Source of the DNA: an uncultured cyanobacterium
Lineage (GTDB): Bacteria > Cyanobacteriota > Cyanobacteriia > PCC-9006 > JAAUQQ01
Direction of reading: 5' to 3'
Assembly (NCBI GenBank): GCA_963718615.1
Contig: OY970368.1
Location: 256,001-320,000, forward strand
DNA: 64,000 bases
In this document: one piece after another, positions 31,286 to 41,821 of the stretch
Position numbering within the stretch: position 1 is the first letter of the stretch
Layout: each line of letters begins with the position of its first letter
Made by a program: the position numbers and the translations under genes
The notes under the pieces: generated by a model
Databases searched by the model: none
Told to the model about the DNA's origin: nothing
What the model saw: only the letters and a program-made list of their open reading frames with translations

Positions 31286-31607
31286 GGGTGGCGTTGGGGG
31301 TGGCTCTCCAAATGACTTTGACTTTGCGGACGATGCCCCATTCTCCTTCGTCTTTGCGTTCTGCTTCGGCGCTGGTTACTTGGACGAGGTGGGTGACGAG
31401 GGTGTGTTCGCTAGCGGGAGGGTTTTGGACGAGGAGAATTAGGTCGCCTTGGTTTGCTTTGGCTGCATTGGTTTCGCTGCCTTTTGTATTTGACCAGTTG
31501 AGTTCGACTTCTTTGCCGGTTTGCCAGGTGTCTTGTTCGTAGGCCCAGCAATTAGGGTCGTCAATATTTTTGATGAATTTGAGTTTGTTGAGTGTCAGGA
31601 GGGGCAT
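31281..31607 (-). CDS. Hypothetical protein in the R-M locus, probably 3'-truncated by a deletion into hsdM
   Basis: ATG start; GDLILLVQ...VTHLV motif; its stop is supplied by the hsdM fragment junction. Confidence 0.55.
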   Translation of the reverse strand: MPLLTLNKLKFIKNIDDPNCWAYEQDTWQTGKEVELNWSNTKGSETNAAKANQGDLILLVQNPPASEHTLVTHLVQVTSAEAERKDEGEWGIVRKVKVIWRATPNATQ

Positions 31608-31636
31608 GGTTTTTATTGTTGTATTTGGATACTAGA

Positions 31637-31970
31637 TCAAAGTTCGCCGTTGAAGGCTTGCCGGAGCAGGGCGGCGGGGAGTTGGTTGATGGTGTCGAGT
31701 TGGGATTGGAGGAATTGTTGCAAGCCTTGTAGAAATTTCATTTTACTTCCCAATAATTCAACTATTTCTCTCTGCCTGCTTACAGGCGGAAGCAACACCA
31801 TAATTGATGATAAATTGGCTTGATTGATCTTGTATATCCCAGCGGCAGTTCTTGACTTAGATTCGATATCACAACGAATTAGTGGTGAATCCCATATACA
31901 CTGCAAGTAACTCGGTATTATTATTTCTGGGTTAACCACAACCTCAATCAGAAGATCAGGATATAAGATC
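31637..31970 (-). pseudogene. hsdS: Type I R-M specificity subunit HsdS, C-terminal remnant
   Basis: YPDLLI, AGIYKINQ..L....LLPPVSRQREIV...QLPAALLRQAFNGEL; the TRD part is AT-rich. Confidence 0.8.
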
Positions 31971-32002
31971 GCCCCAAGCCAACGGCTCATTCTACGCCAT
32001 CC

Positions 32003-32385
32003 CTAAGCCGCAAACTGACCCACCTCCATCTCGCCTGCATCCGCCAGCCGCTTCACCAAGTTGACCGCAATGAAGGTTTTCCCCGCCCCCGTCGCCAGCG
32101 TCAGCAAAACCCGCGCCGCTTCGCCTTGGGTGTGGCACCGACCAATTTTCTCAAACGCCGCTCGAATCGCCGCATCTTGGTAATAGCGCCGCTGAGATTC
32201 TCCCCCGGCATAGGGCGTTAGCAGCGGCTTTGCTGCATCGGACTCCAGGCTAAAGCCGATGTGAGCTTCGTAGCGCGATCGCAGCTCTGCTGGCGATGGA
32301 AAATCAGTTAGAGACTTGGCTGGGCTCGTCAGCCCCGTGGTGCGGTCAAACGCCACAAACAAATGACCGTTGGTGCTGAAAATAC
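32003..32385 (-). pseudogene. hsdR: Type I R-M restriction subunit HsdR, internal N-proximal remnant
   Basis: STNGHLFVAFDR, RYYQDAAIRA, Walker A LATGAGKT; truncated at both ends. Confidence 0.8.
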
Positions 32386-32602
32386 AGTCTTTCCCTGACT
32401 TCTTTGAATGGGGGCTTGAACAATCCTCTGAGCTTCCACTCCCTCGACAGTCTCATAAATCACAACAGGCTGAGCCTAAGCTGCTCCTCGTTTTCCCGGC
32501 TTAAGTTACTACCCAAATTATTTTCAGAATCAATTACCCGAAATTCAGGCTCCTGCGACACAGCAAGGGTTGTCAATCGAGAAGTCATTCAGCACCAATT
32601 AA

Positions 32603-32825
32603 CTGGAGTTTAGACAAATCAAAAGAGCGATCGCGGTGACCCGAAATCGCTCAATGAGGGATTCTGAGAAAGAACCAGCCACCTCAGAACCCCATGAGAA
32701 TGTTTTCCAACTTGAGCAAATTTCGCAAGCAAGCCTACGAACTGCTAAGCAATGGTCGCGATAGTCTGTACAACCTGATGGATGCGGTACTGGCCAGCGG
32801 GAGCCTATCTAGCTTCGTGGAATAG
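32603..32825 (+). mobile_element. Left end and N-terminal fragment of a cyanobacterial IS701-like (NF041680-type) transposase
   Basis: ORF 32694..32825 FRKQAYELLSNGRDSLYNLMDAVL; end sequence CTGGAGTTTAGACAAAT also occurs inverted at 52474. Confidence 0.6.
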
Positions 32826-32841
32826 TAGTAATAACTATTTC

Positions 32842-35733
32842 CTAGCTGCCATAGGCCTCCATCGGCAAACAGGAACAGACCAGATTGCGATCGCCAAAGG
32901 CATTATCAATCCGACTCACCACCGGCCAAAACTTATGCTCCCGCGTCCAAGGCGCAGGATAGGCCGCCTGCTCCCGCCCGTAGGGACGATCCCAAGCATC
33001 GGACAGCAAAATTTCCGCCGTATGGGGCGCATGCTTCAGCGGGTTATCGGCTGGATCCATCTGACCCAACTCGATCGCCTCAATTTCCCGTCGAATCGCA
33101 ATCATCGCCTCGCAGAACCGATCCAGTTCCTCCTTCGATTCACTTTCCGTCGGCTCCACCATCACCGTTCCCGCCACGGGCCAGGACACCGTCGGTGCAT
33201 GGAACCCAAAATCCATCAGCCGCTTGGCAATGTCTTCCACTTCAATCCCAGCAGACCGCTTCACCGGGCGTAGGTCAAGGATACATTCGTGGGCCACCCA
33301 ACCGCCCTTACCCCGATAGAGCACCGGATAGAACGGCTCTAGGCGACGGGCAATATAGTTGGCATTGAGAATCGCCACCTGGGTGGCCTGGGTTAAGCCT
33401 TCGCCGCCCATCATTTTGATGTACATCCAAGAGATCGGCAGAATGCTGGCACTGCCCCAAGGCGCAGCGGAAACGGCACCGATGCGATCTTCTCCTTCGA
33501 GGGAGACGACGGAATGACCCGGTAGAAAGGGCTTGAGATGCTTGGCGACCCCAATCGGGCCAACACCGGGACCGCCGCCCCCGTGGGGAATACAGAAGGT
33601 TTTATGCAAGTTGAGGTGACAGACATCCGCCCCAAAATCACCGGGACGGCAGATTCCCACCTGGGCATTCATATTGGCTCCGTCCATGTAGACCTGGCCA
33701 CCATTTTCGTGGACGATCGCGCAAATCTCCCGAATTTCCGCCTCAAACACCCCATGGGTCGAGGGATAGGTCACCATGAGCGCCGCCAGATGAGTTGCAT
33801 GCTCTACTGCCTTAGCCTTCAGATCCGCCACGTCGATATTGCCCTGGTCATCGCAAGCGACGGGAACCACTTTCATACCTGCCATGACGGCGCTGGCAGG
33901 GTTGGTGCCGTGGGCGGAGGTGGGGATGAGACAGAGATTGCGGTGGCGATCGCCCCGTTGCTCATGGAACTGACGAATCACCAACAACCCGGCATATTCC
34001 CCCTGGGACCCGGCATTGGGCTGGAGCGACACCCCAGCAAATCCGGTGATTTCTGCCAGCATGGATTCCAGTTGCTCACACAAGATTCGATAGCCTTGGG
34101 TTTGACTGGCCGGGGCAAAGGGATGAATCCGACCAAACTCCGGCCAGGTCACGGGAATCATTTCCGCCGTGGCGTTGAGCTTCATCGTGCAGGACCCCAA
34201 GGGAATCATCGACGTGGTCAGCGACAGATCCTTGGCCTGGAGCCGGTGCAGATAGCGCAGCAACTCCGACTCGGAATGGTAGCGGTTAAAGACCGGGTGA
34301 AGCAAATAGGGGCTAGTGCGGCGAAACTCTGGAGCAACATCGATGCTAACTTCATCCAGCAGGGCTTCGAGCTTGAATCCGAGGGGTTCACCCTGGGCAA
34401 AGATCTTTAGGAGTCGCTGGACTTCTTCAAACGTGGTGACTTCATCGAGGCTGACGCCGAGGGTCTCGGGGTTGAGCCGCCGCAGGTTAATGCCATGTTC
34501 CGTAGCGAGGTCAAAGATTGCCTGGGCATTGGGGGTGGGAATGGCCAGGGTGTCGAAGGCGCGATCGCCATCCACCGCAAAACCAATTTCCTGCAAGCCC
34601 CGAGCCAGGAGGGTCGTCATCTGACGGATGCGCTGGGCGATCGCCCGAATTCCCTCGGGGCCGTGATACACCGCATACATCGACGCCATCACCGCCAAAA
34701 GCACCTGGGCCGTGCAGATATTGCTCGTGGCCTTGTCCCGGCGAATGTGCTGTTCACGGGTTTGCAACGCTAGACGCAGAGCGGGTTTGCCGTTGGCATC
34801 CTGGGAGACACCGACGATCCGACCGGGCATCTGACGCTTGTATTCATCCTTGGTGGCAAAATAGGCTGCGTGGGGACCGCCAAATCCCAGGGGTACGCCA
34901 AACCGCTGGGTATTGCCGACGGCAATGTCTGCGCCAAATTCTCCCGGTGGCTTGAGCAGTGTCAGGCTCATCAGGTCGGCGGCGACGGTGACCAGGGCCT
35001 TAGCGGCGTGGGCCTTTTCAATAAAATCGCTGTAATCATAAATCGTGCCGTCGGTGGCGGGATATTGCAGCAAAGCCCCGAAGATCGGCGTGGCAAAGTC
35101 AAAGGCTGTGTGGTTGCCGACGATTACCTCGATCCCGAGGGGAATGGCCCGCGTTTGGACAACTTCAATCGTCTGGGGATGGCAGGCTTCCGAGACAAAA
35201 AAAACATTGGCTTTCCTAGCTTTGCTGTAGCTCAGAGCCATGGCCTCTGCCGCTGCGGTGCCTTCGTCGAGCAACGAGGCATTGGCAATTTCGAGTCCGG
35301 TCAAATCCGTAATCAGCGTCTGAAAATTCAGCAGTGCTTCCAGCCGACCCTGGGCAATTTCCGCCTGATAGGGAGTGTAGGCGGTGTACCAGCCGGGATT
35401 TTCGAGGATATTGCGCTGGATTACCGGGGGGGTGATGCAGTCGCTGTAGCCCATGCCGATGTAGGAACGGCAGACGAGGTTTTGGTCGGCGATCGCCCGC
35501 AATTGTTCCAGCGCCAAGGTTTCACTCACGCCTGCTGGCAAATTCAGGGGAGTTTCTAACCGAATCGTTGGGGGCACGGTCTGGCCAATCAGCGTCTCCA
35601 GTGTCTCCACCCCTAGACTGTCGAGCATGGCCTGAATGGCGTTGGCGTCAGGTCCAATATGGCGTTGAACAAAGCTAGAAGGTTCCATTACGGTGGCGGC
35701 AAGACGAATAGCGGATGCAGATACAGAAGTCAT
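32842..35733 (-). CDS. gcvP: Glycine dehydrogenase (decarboxylating), P protein
   Basis: [60 protein letters not shown]; start codon uncertain. Confidence 0.96.
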   Translation of the reverse strand: MTSVSASAIRLAATVMEPSSFVQRHIGPDANAIQAMLDSLGVETLETLIGQTVPPTIRLETPLNLPAGVSETLALEQLRAIADQNLVCRSYIGMGYSDCITPPVIQRNILENPGWYTAYTPYQAEIAQGRLEALLNFQTLITDLTGLEIANASLLDEGTAAAEAMALSYSKARKANVFFVSEACHPQTIEVVQTRAIPLGIEVIVGNHTAFDFATPIFGALLQYPATDGTIYDYSDFIEKAHAAKALVTVAADLMSLTLLKPPGEFGADIAVGNTQRFGVPLGFGGPHAAYFATKDEYKRQMPGRIVGVSQDANGKPALRLALQTREQHIRRDKATSNICTAQVLLAVMASMYAVYHGPEGIRAIAQRIRQMTTLLARGLQEIGFAVDGDRAFDTLAIPTPNAQAIFDLATEHGINLRRLNPETLGVSLDEVTTFEEVQRLLKIFAQGEPLGFKLEALLDEVSIDVAPEFRRTSPYLLHPVFNRYHSESELLRYLHRLQAKDLSLTTSMIPLGSCTMKLNATAEMIPVTWPEFGRIHPFAPASQTQGYRILCEQLESMLAEITGFAGVSLQPNAGSQGEYAGLLVIRQFHEQRGDRHRNLCLIPTSAHGTNPASAVMAGMKVVPVACDDQGNIDVADLKAKAVEHATHLAALMVTYPSTHGVFEAEIREICAIVHENGGQVYMDGANMNAQVGICRPGDFGADVCHLNLHKTFCIPHGGGGPGVGPIGVAKHLKPFLPGHSVVSLEGEDRIGAVSAAPWGSASILPISWMYIKMMGGEGLTQATQVAILNANYIARRLEPFYPVLYRGKGGWVAHECILDLRPVKRSAGIEVEDIAKRLMDFGFHAPTVSWPVAGTVMVEPTESESKEELDRFCEAMIAIRREIEAIELGQMDPADNPLKHAPHTAEILLSDAWDRPYGREQAAYPAPWTREHKFWPVVSRIDNAFGDRNLVCSCLPMEAYGS

Positions 35734-35919
35734 AGAGATTAGAGTAAGGGCGCTGGCGCGAGGTAAATGTTTTGTAGAGGTCTTGCTGGGTGAAATGGGT
35801 AGGCGATCGCTGAACATTTCGCAAGCTTACTCAACATTTTGCGACAGTCTTGGTCATCTTGCTGTATAGATTTTGTGATTTTCCTCTATCCAAATCAATG
35901 GTAATGATAGAGATCTGCG

Positions 35920-35995
35920 ATGTCGTGCAGCGGTATACAACCTTGAACTCCCACCGATCACCTTTGTATTGTCCGTCTCAGGGTCTGCGTTATGC
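35920..35995 (-). repeat. Degenerate attC-like site downstream of the GNAT gene
   Basis: GCATAAC inverse-core-like motif followed by imperfect dyad sequence; distal GTTRRRY lost. Confidence 0.4.
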
Positions 35996-36018
35996 TGAGA
36001 TCGCTAACAACATTTGAC

Positions 36019-36522
36019 TCAAGACCTCAACTTATCTGTGTTGTCAAAACATTGAACCGTGCCTGTCCAATCTTTGTCCTCTATCACGGTCTCAGTATAG
36101 TTTTTCCCTGTGTAAGCTGCGATAACACTTCGCCAGAACTGTTGCGCAACAGGATTGGTATGAATTTGATGGATCTCCCAACGACCATGAAATAAGTCAA
36201 AAATGTGAAAAGCAACTTGGCGACCGATCCCCTGTTTACGGTACTTCCGTAATATAAAAAACTCTGCTACTGAGTATTGGCTATCTGGAAGATACGTGTA
36301 TTGATTCACCAACACAAAACCAGCGAGCTTACTATTCGCTCTTACCAGAAACGGATAGCGATCGGCTTCAACCCAGTAGTAATCCAGATACAGATAGCCA
36401 AAGTAGCCATGCTCGTTGAGATCGGTGTTCTCAAACTCTGAGAAGTCATACTGATAAAGCTCCATCATTTGCTGAATGGTTGACTTGTCTGTGATTAGAG
36501 CGGGTAAGACTTCAACATCCAT
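36019..36522 (-). CDS. GNAT family N-acetyltransferase
   Basis: ELYQYDFSEF, AEFFILRKYRKQGIG, N..AQQFW. Confidence 0.88.
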   Translation of the reverse strand: MDVEVLPALITDKSTIQQMMELYQYDFSEFENTDLNEHGYFGYLYLDYYWVEADRYPFLVRANSKLAGFVLVNQYTYLPDSQYSVAEFFILRKYRKQGIGRQVAFHIFDLFHGRWEIHQIHTNPVAQQFWRSVIAAYTGKNYTETVIEDKDWTGTVQCFDNTDKLRS

Positions 36523-36630
36523 GATGAACAATCAATTGACACTTTTGGATTCACCGACATCTTCACAGTTACTCGATTTTAGCTGCCAACAATGCACTGC
36601 TATCTATCGCCACCAACTGCCAACAATGCA

Positions 36631-36764
36631 GCCCAATAATTGCTTTTTTACGCACGATGCCTAATAACTCCCTCCTCCCGGTATTATCAAGCGCCAACAT
36701 CATATAATCCCCAGTCACAGCCAGTTATCCAGACAGTCATACTGGATAACACGCCCGGTTGGGT
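36631..36764 (-). repeat. attC-like element (134 bp), homologous to 39334-39420
   Basis: Bounded by ACCCAAC...ATTGGGC on the minus strand; internal hairpin gttatccag...ctggataac; about 80 bp align by eye with 39331-39420. Confidence 0.55.
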
Positions 36765-36799
36765 ATTAAGTAGATAGACACAATCAAATTTGAGAGTAT

Positions 36800-36828
36800 G
36801 TAGGTTGCGGTTAGGAACGAAACCCAAC
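36800..36828 (+). repeat. GTAG-type REP-like palindrome
   Basis: GTAGGTTGCGGTTAGGAACGAAACCCAAC: GTAG tetramer followed by an imperfect palindrome. Confidence 0.5.
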
Positions 36829-36950
36829 GCTCGTCAAGGCTGAGTGGCTTTTGTTGTATGGGTTGGTCGATGGCAAGGGTCATAGGGCAAATTAGCCCAA
36901 TCAATGCCTTCAGTTTACCAGCTCGAATATGTGACGTCTGAAGCCTTTTG

Positions 36951-37200
36951 TTATGCATTATTGCTTTCAGATTTTTCGCTGAAGTCCCAGAATGGTCTGA
37001 TCTCAATACCCCCTTTAGCTCTAGCACAGGAGGTATTGGTGACAAGTTGAACTACCTGAGCAATATCGTTTGCTTCGATGATTGAAAAACCAGCGAGAGG
37101 CAATTTGGGCTTAGTAAATAACTCGTTCTCAGGAGTCAGATTGCCGTTCCAATTCGTAAATGTTACCCTCCTAGCTTCGACCCCCCAAATTTCGAGTCGG
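36951..37200 (-). pseudogene. YciI/DGPF-like protein, 5'-truncated
   Basis: NWNG...LPLAGFSIIEA...CARAKGGIEIRP; the stop TAA lies within GCATAAC. Confidence 0.6.
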
Positions 37201-37437
37201 GTCATTGTGGTCAGGTCAGAAGTCACATCTGCGTTTGAGGGGAGGGACTTTCACCCTGATCAAGAGGGCAATTCAGCTTTTTAGAGGGCTTTATGTTTAG
37301 AAACCAAGCTGGCAGAGTTATTTACGGGCTCTCACCGTTATTTGTCTGCAACAAATTGCACTCCCTATACCAATTGGACTCCTATCAATTATTTATAGAC
37401 TAAATACACCAACAAGCTCTATCCTTGATTCTTAGAT

Positions 37438-38043
37438 TTACCAAGTAGGTTCGAAATTAACTATTGCATTTACCGCCCTATTCAAACTTCGAGAGTGAGT
37501 TTTTGCAATTTCAGCATTCCAGCTTTGGTTGACAAATTGAATAAGTTGACCATTGTAGTCTTTCCCTATTTTTGCAGTACTATTTTTAGTGGGCACAATT
37601 GCATCACGCAAATAACGTTTTCTTGACTTTTTAGTTAAATCAAGCAGCAGTTGCTTGGGATCAGGCACTGAATCTACATCATCAGGGATCAAGCCTACTG
37701 AAATTCCAAGGAACTCTGCAAATGCTTCACGATGTGCCAAGAGCCAAGCCTCTACTTCTACCACTGCTACTCTAAAAATCAAATTGGGGTGTTTTGGAGA
37801 AGATAACCATTCTCCAAGTAAAGCTAGTGGACATTCATTCTTATCTAAATCTGTTAGAACTAAATAGGGGGAACCTTTTGCAGCATGATTTATTCCGGGA
37901 AGAATTTTCTTGAGATAACCATAACCTCGGCGCTTTAAGCAAGTTCCAATAGAGAATGGACGCTGAGACTGCTTGAGTATTTCCCTCAAGACTGCCTCGC
38001 TTAAATCATCCTCAACTGCTAGGTTAATTGGAATATCTGTCAT
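37438..38043 (-). CDS. Toprim-like DUF4276-type protein
   Basis: AVEDDLSE, VLTDLD, EVEAWLLA, DPK, SRSL motifs; ATGA overlap with the upstream ATPase. Confidence 0.75.
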   Translation of the reverse strand: MTDIPINLAVEDDLSEAVLREILKQSQRPFSIGTCLKRRGYGYLKKILPGINHAAKGSPYLVLTDLDKNECPLALLGEWLSSPKHPNLIFRVAVVEVEAWLLAHREAFAEFLGISVGLIPDDVDSVPDPKQLLLDLTKKSRKRYLRDAIVPTKNSTAKIGKDYNGQLIQFVNQSWNAEIAKTHSRSLNRAVNAIVNFEPTW

Positions 38044-39188
38044 CTGAGTAAGCTCAGTTGGTCAACCTGTGCAGGTGTTGCACAAGGTAAAGCTGCGTCA
38101 GCAACAGTAAGTCCTCCATCAAGAAGGCTGCTAATCTCTTGAATTGAAGAAGCTAATTCAACTTTCGTACCTTCAGCAGTCGGTGTCATCAGTAAAACTT
38201 CCTCACCTCCAATACCTGCATCAGATAGCAGGTCAGCGCTATGGGTACTTAGCATAACTTGTCGTTTTTTTGCCTTCTGTAAACGATAAATTAGAGAAGG
38301 TAGTTTAGCAGTAATTCCAGCATTTAAAGATAATTCAGGTTCTTCAAGAAGCAGTAAAGAATCACTTTCAAGAAGTGACCATAATAAACCAATTAAACGT
38401 AATGTCCCATCTGAAAACTGATCTTCTCGCTGTTTACCGGCTCCAGGTCGCCAATGCTCATAGACTGCTTCTAAATGAGGAATTCCCATTTCATCTTTAA
38501 TATCAGTCAATTGTTTTAATTGAGGAACTGCGATTCTTAAGGCATTTTCAATCTTTTTTAGACGAGAGCGGCGAGTTTTTTCTGGAGTCTTAACAACGCG
38601 CTCCAAAAAGTTCCTACCAAAGGGGTCTTCTTGAAGTCCTGGTCCACTGAAGGCTTCAGGATACCGTAATAGTTGAGGTACTAAATGGAGATACAGGATG
38701 GATTCAAGAAATTTTGGAATTTCTCTAAATTCTGCATTGGCATTAATTTGTTCCAAGTATGTTTGAGTTAAACGTAGGCTGTCTTGTTCATCTTCAGGGT
38801 CTGGACGGTTTATTAACTGTTCGCCATTTTTCCAAACTCTTTCATAAGAGAGAACGGGTTCATTTTGCCCCCCTTTTCTTTGCTTAATTCCAATACTATA
38901 TCTCCAGGTAGGTTCTACTAATTCATTTTCTGATAGATGCACTTCTATTTCAACGTCAGGATATCGTCTTGCATACAGACACCTGATTTTGGATAACCCA
39001 CCTCGGTCTCTTACAGCCTTCTGTAATCCACCTCCATCCTTGGCCAGATCTCGCAAGAATCTTAGAGTATCAAGAAAATTTGACTTGCCAGAGGCATTGG
39101 GGCCAACGAGAAAAACACGATCTCTCAAATGGACATCCACTGACCGAAAGTTTCTCCAGTTCTTCAAGCCTATGTGAGAAATAATCAT
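38040..39188 (-). CDS. AAA_21/ABC-type ATPase (OLD/PARIS-like)
   Basis: LKNWRNF, Walker A GPNASGKS, signature FSDGTLR, Walker B LLLLEEPE, H-loop STHS; low GC. Confidence 0.88.
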   Translation of the reverse strand: MIISHIGLKNWRNFRSVDVHLRDRVFLVGPNASGKSNFLDTLRFLRDLAKDGGGLQKAVRDRGGLSKIRCLYARRYPDVEIEVHLSENELVEPTWRYSIGIKQRKGGQNEPVLSYERVWKNGEQLINRPDPEDEQDSLRLTQTYLEQINANAEFREIPKFLESILYLHLVPQLLRYPEAFSGPGLQEDPFGRNFLERVVKTPEKTRRSRLKKIENALRIAVPQLKQLTDIKDEMGIPHLEAVYEHWRPGAGKQREDQFSDGTLRLIGLLWSLLESDSLLLLEEPELSLNAGITAKLPSLIYRLQKAKKRQVMLSTHSADLLSDAGIGGEEVLLMTPTAEGTKVELASSIQEISSLLDGGLTVADAALPCATPAQVDQLSLLR

Positions 39189-39333
39189 CACTTAACAACA
39201 AACGCCTATTGAACTTTTTGATATTTTAATGATATCTTTTCTAGCCCTGTCTTAGCATTGAAAAACGTCAACCAATTTATCTGGCTGAACAAGAGGTTGA
39301 TGATAAATGCCTTAACCGGGAACTAAAAAAGCA

Positions 39334-39420
39334 GCGCAACAATTATTATTTTTTACGAACGACGCCTGATACTCCCCTTCTCCAGGTATCCTCAAGCTCC
39401 AATGCCCAATGCCCTATAAT
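39334..39420 (-). repeat. Partial attC-like element, homologue of 36631-36764
   Basis: GTTGCGC core-like motif on the minus strand; shared ttttttacg.acga.gcct.ata.ctcc...ggtat..tcaagc.ccaa block. Confidence 0.5.
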
Positions 39421-39583
39421 CTTATTATCTTCGCATGGCTTCCGGGTAACATCCTTGTGGCAGATATTACTAGATATGTCTCAGTGTAATCACTCCTTTT
39501 GAGCCAGTGTATAAAATTACAAAATCTTCACTACTAAGTTAAGAAAACTAGATATTTTATTCTCTGCTCCCATACAACCCCAC

Positions 39584-39653
39584 CCACCCAATCTTCTCCA
39601 CCGAAACAGCTATGCCATCCGCACGGTCCAAGGGCACTATCCAAGAGCTGCTC
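39584..39653 (+). pseudogene. Tiny relic of a tyrosine recombinase box II, integron-integrase-like
   Basis: ccacccaatcttctccaccgaaacagctatgccatccgcacggtccaag...ccaagagctgctc resembles ATHLLxNGYDIRTVQELL; reads NSYAIRTVQ and TIQELL in adjacent frames. Confidence 0.45.
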
Positions 39654-39821
39654 CAGTATCTCCGACTATATCCGTTAGAGTTGGAGGAGAGTGTCAACTT
39701 TGACAATCCCAAGAAAAACACCGAGCGCCTCATCGAAGTTGGAGAACAAAACCCCAATTTCCTGACAAACACCCGGTGTTTAAAACGGTATTCAGATATC
39801 TCAGACCTCTAGGAACTGGAC

Positions 39822-41383
39822 CTAGAGCGAATCAACCGAAGAGAGAGGAGAAGTTGCAACTTTGGCCAATCCAGCCTCAGTAATACTCGCGCTTAGGATC
39901 GGGGTTTTTTGGACGGATTCGGTGGCGATCGCAAACAGCGGATTCGACAAAACCCCAGCCAACGTCGTCGCAATTACCGTGAGCACCAAACCCACCTGCA
40001 ACGGACGCAATCCCGGTAAATCCCAAGAAATTCTAGGATAGTTTTTCACCGCATCAGACATCTCGTGGGGCTCTTTCACCACCATCATCTTCACCACACG
40101 AATGTAGTAGTAAATGGAGATCACACTCGTGAGCAACCCAATCAGCACCAACGTGTAAAGACCCGCTTGCCAGCCCGCCCAGAAGAGATAGAGCTTTCCA
40201 AAGAACCCCGCTAGCGGCGGAATGCCACCCAGGGAAAGTAGGCAAAGACTCAGGCCCAGCGTAATCAGCGGATCCTTCTGGTAAAGCCCTGCATACTCGC
40301 TAATTTGGTCCGTGCCAGTGCGCAAGGAAAATAGAATGATGCAGGCAAACCCGCCCAGGTTCATAAACAGGTAAATGAACAGATAGAAGAGCATACTGGC
40401 GTAGCCCGTCTCAGTTCCGGCGATTAAGCCAATCATGACAAACCCGGCTTGGCCAATCGACGAATAGGCCAGGAGGCGCTTCATACTGGTTTGAGCCAGG
40501 GCGACGATATTGCCCAGGATCATGCTGAGAATCGCCAGTGCCGTAAAGACAAAATGCCATTCTTCGCTCAGCAGCGGAAAAACCGTGACCAACAACCGAG
40601 TCGCCAGGGCAAACCCTGCGGCTTTCGATCCCACAGACAAAAACGCGACTACCGGCGTCGGAGAACCTTCATAGACATCCGGCGTCCACTGGTGGAAGGG
40701 AACCGCCGAAATCTTGAACGCGACCCCCGCGACCACAAAGACCAGGGCAATGACCAAACCGAGGGACTGATTGCTCATCGCCAAATGTTCGGCGATCGCC
40801 CCCAGTTGAGTCTCCCCCCCGACAACCCGTATAGCAACGAAACGCCATACAAAAACAGCGCCGAACTGGATGCCCCAATCAACAAATACTTAAGCGCGGC
40901 CTCGTTGGAGCGGGAGTCCCGCTTCATATAGCCCGTCAACAGGTACGACGAAATACTCAACGTTTCCAGGGAAACAAAAATCATCACCAGCTCATTCGCC
41001 CCGGAGAGGAACATGCCCCCCACGGTTGCCGTGAGCAGGATCGTGATAAATTCCCCTAGCGATGTTCCCGCCTGCTCCACATAGCGGACCGAGATCAGGA
41101 TCGTGATCATCGCCGAGAGCACCACGATCGCCCGGAAAATTAAACTCAAGGCATCGCTGCTAAAGCTGCCGAGGAAGGCGATCGCCTCCGTACTCTCCCA
41201 CTGAGTCGCCAAGGCCACCAAGGCCCCCGACAACCCAACAATACTGAGGGCCGGTGTGACACGGTTAGACCTGCGGCCCTGGATGAGATCCACCACCAAC
41301 ACCATCAGCAGGGTGATGATGACAATGCCCTCGGGCAGGATCACCCCAGCATTGAGCTGGGAGGCAAGATTGGCTACGTCCAT
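39822..41383 (-). CDS. ndhB: NAD(P)H-quinone oxidoreductase subunit 2 (NdhB); apparent 1-nt frameshift at 40814-40820
   Basis: [53 protein letters not shown]; G7 to G8 restores LYGLSGGETQL. Confidence 0.93.
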
Positions 41384-41821
41384 AAAATTCTTTGAGAACA
41401 GTCCCCTTTGGTAACCCAGAGTGAATTCTAACCTTTCATCCCTGCATCCCTCAAAGTCTTCCGGGGGATTAAAATTCCGAAATATAGACTCCCTGTAAGG
41501 CTCAACCTCAAAAAAACTTCCGCATTTTCTCGGGGGGAAGTCTTCCGCTTTCCTGTCTACTTTGGGAAATACTTGTGGGCTGCTCTTCCCCAAGGCCCGG
41601 AACGATTGGCTATAAGAGAGAAGAGGGGCATCTCCCGATTGTGCTTTAGCCTAGAGAAAGTCGGCTGCCGTTCTGGCGACTTCGTTAAGTTTTCCCGCTC
41701 CAAGAATCGCCTTAAGGGAAAACTTGGCTTAAGGTGCAATAAAGACTCTTACAGTTTGAGCCCTCCTCGGAAGGCCAAAACTGTTCCCCTAACCGTTACT
41801 CGATCGCCTTCAAAGACATTC

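Noticed and set aside
39612-39812. 66-aa ORF as a functional gene
   Set aside because: Only a short integrase-like patch is recognisable; it is treated as a relic, not a CDS.
41384-41821. Upstream extensions of the ndhB and topA ORFs given in the ORF track
   Set aside because: Conserved N-termini begin at 41383 and 41822; the extensions cross the divergent promoter region.
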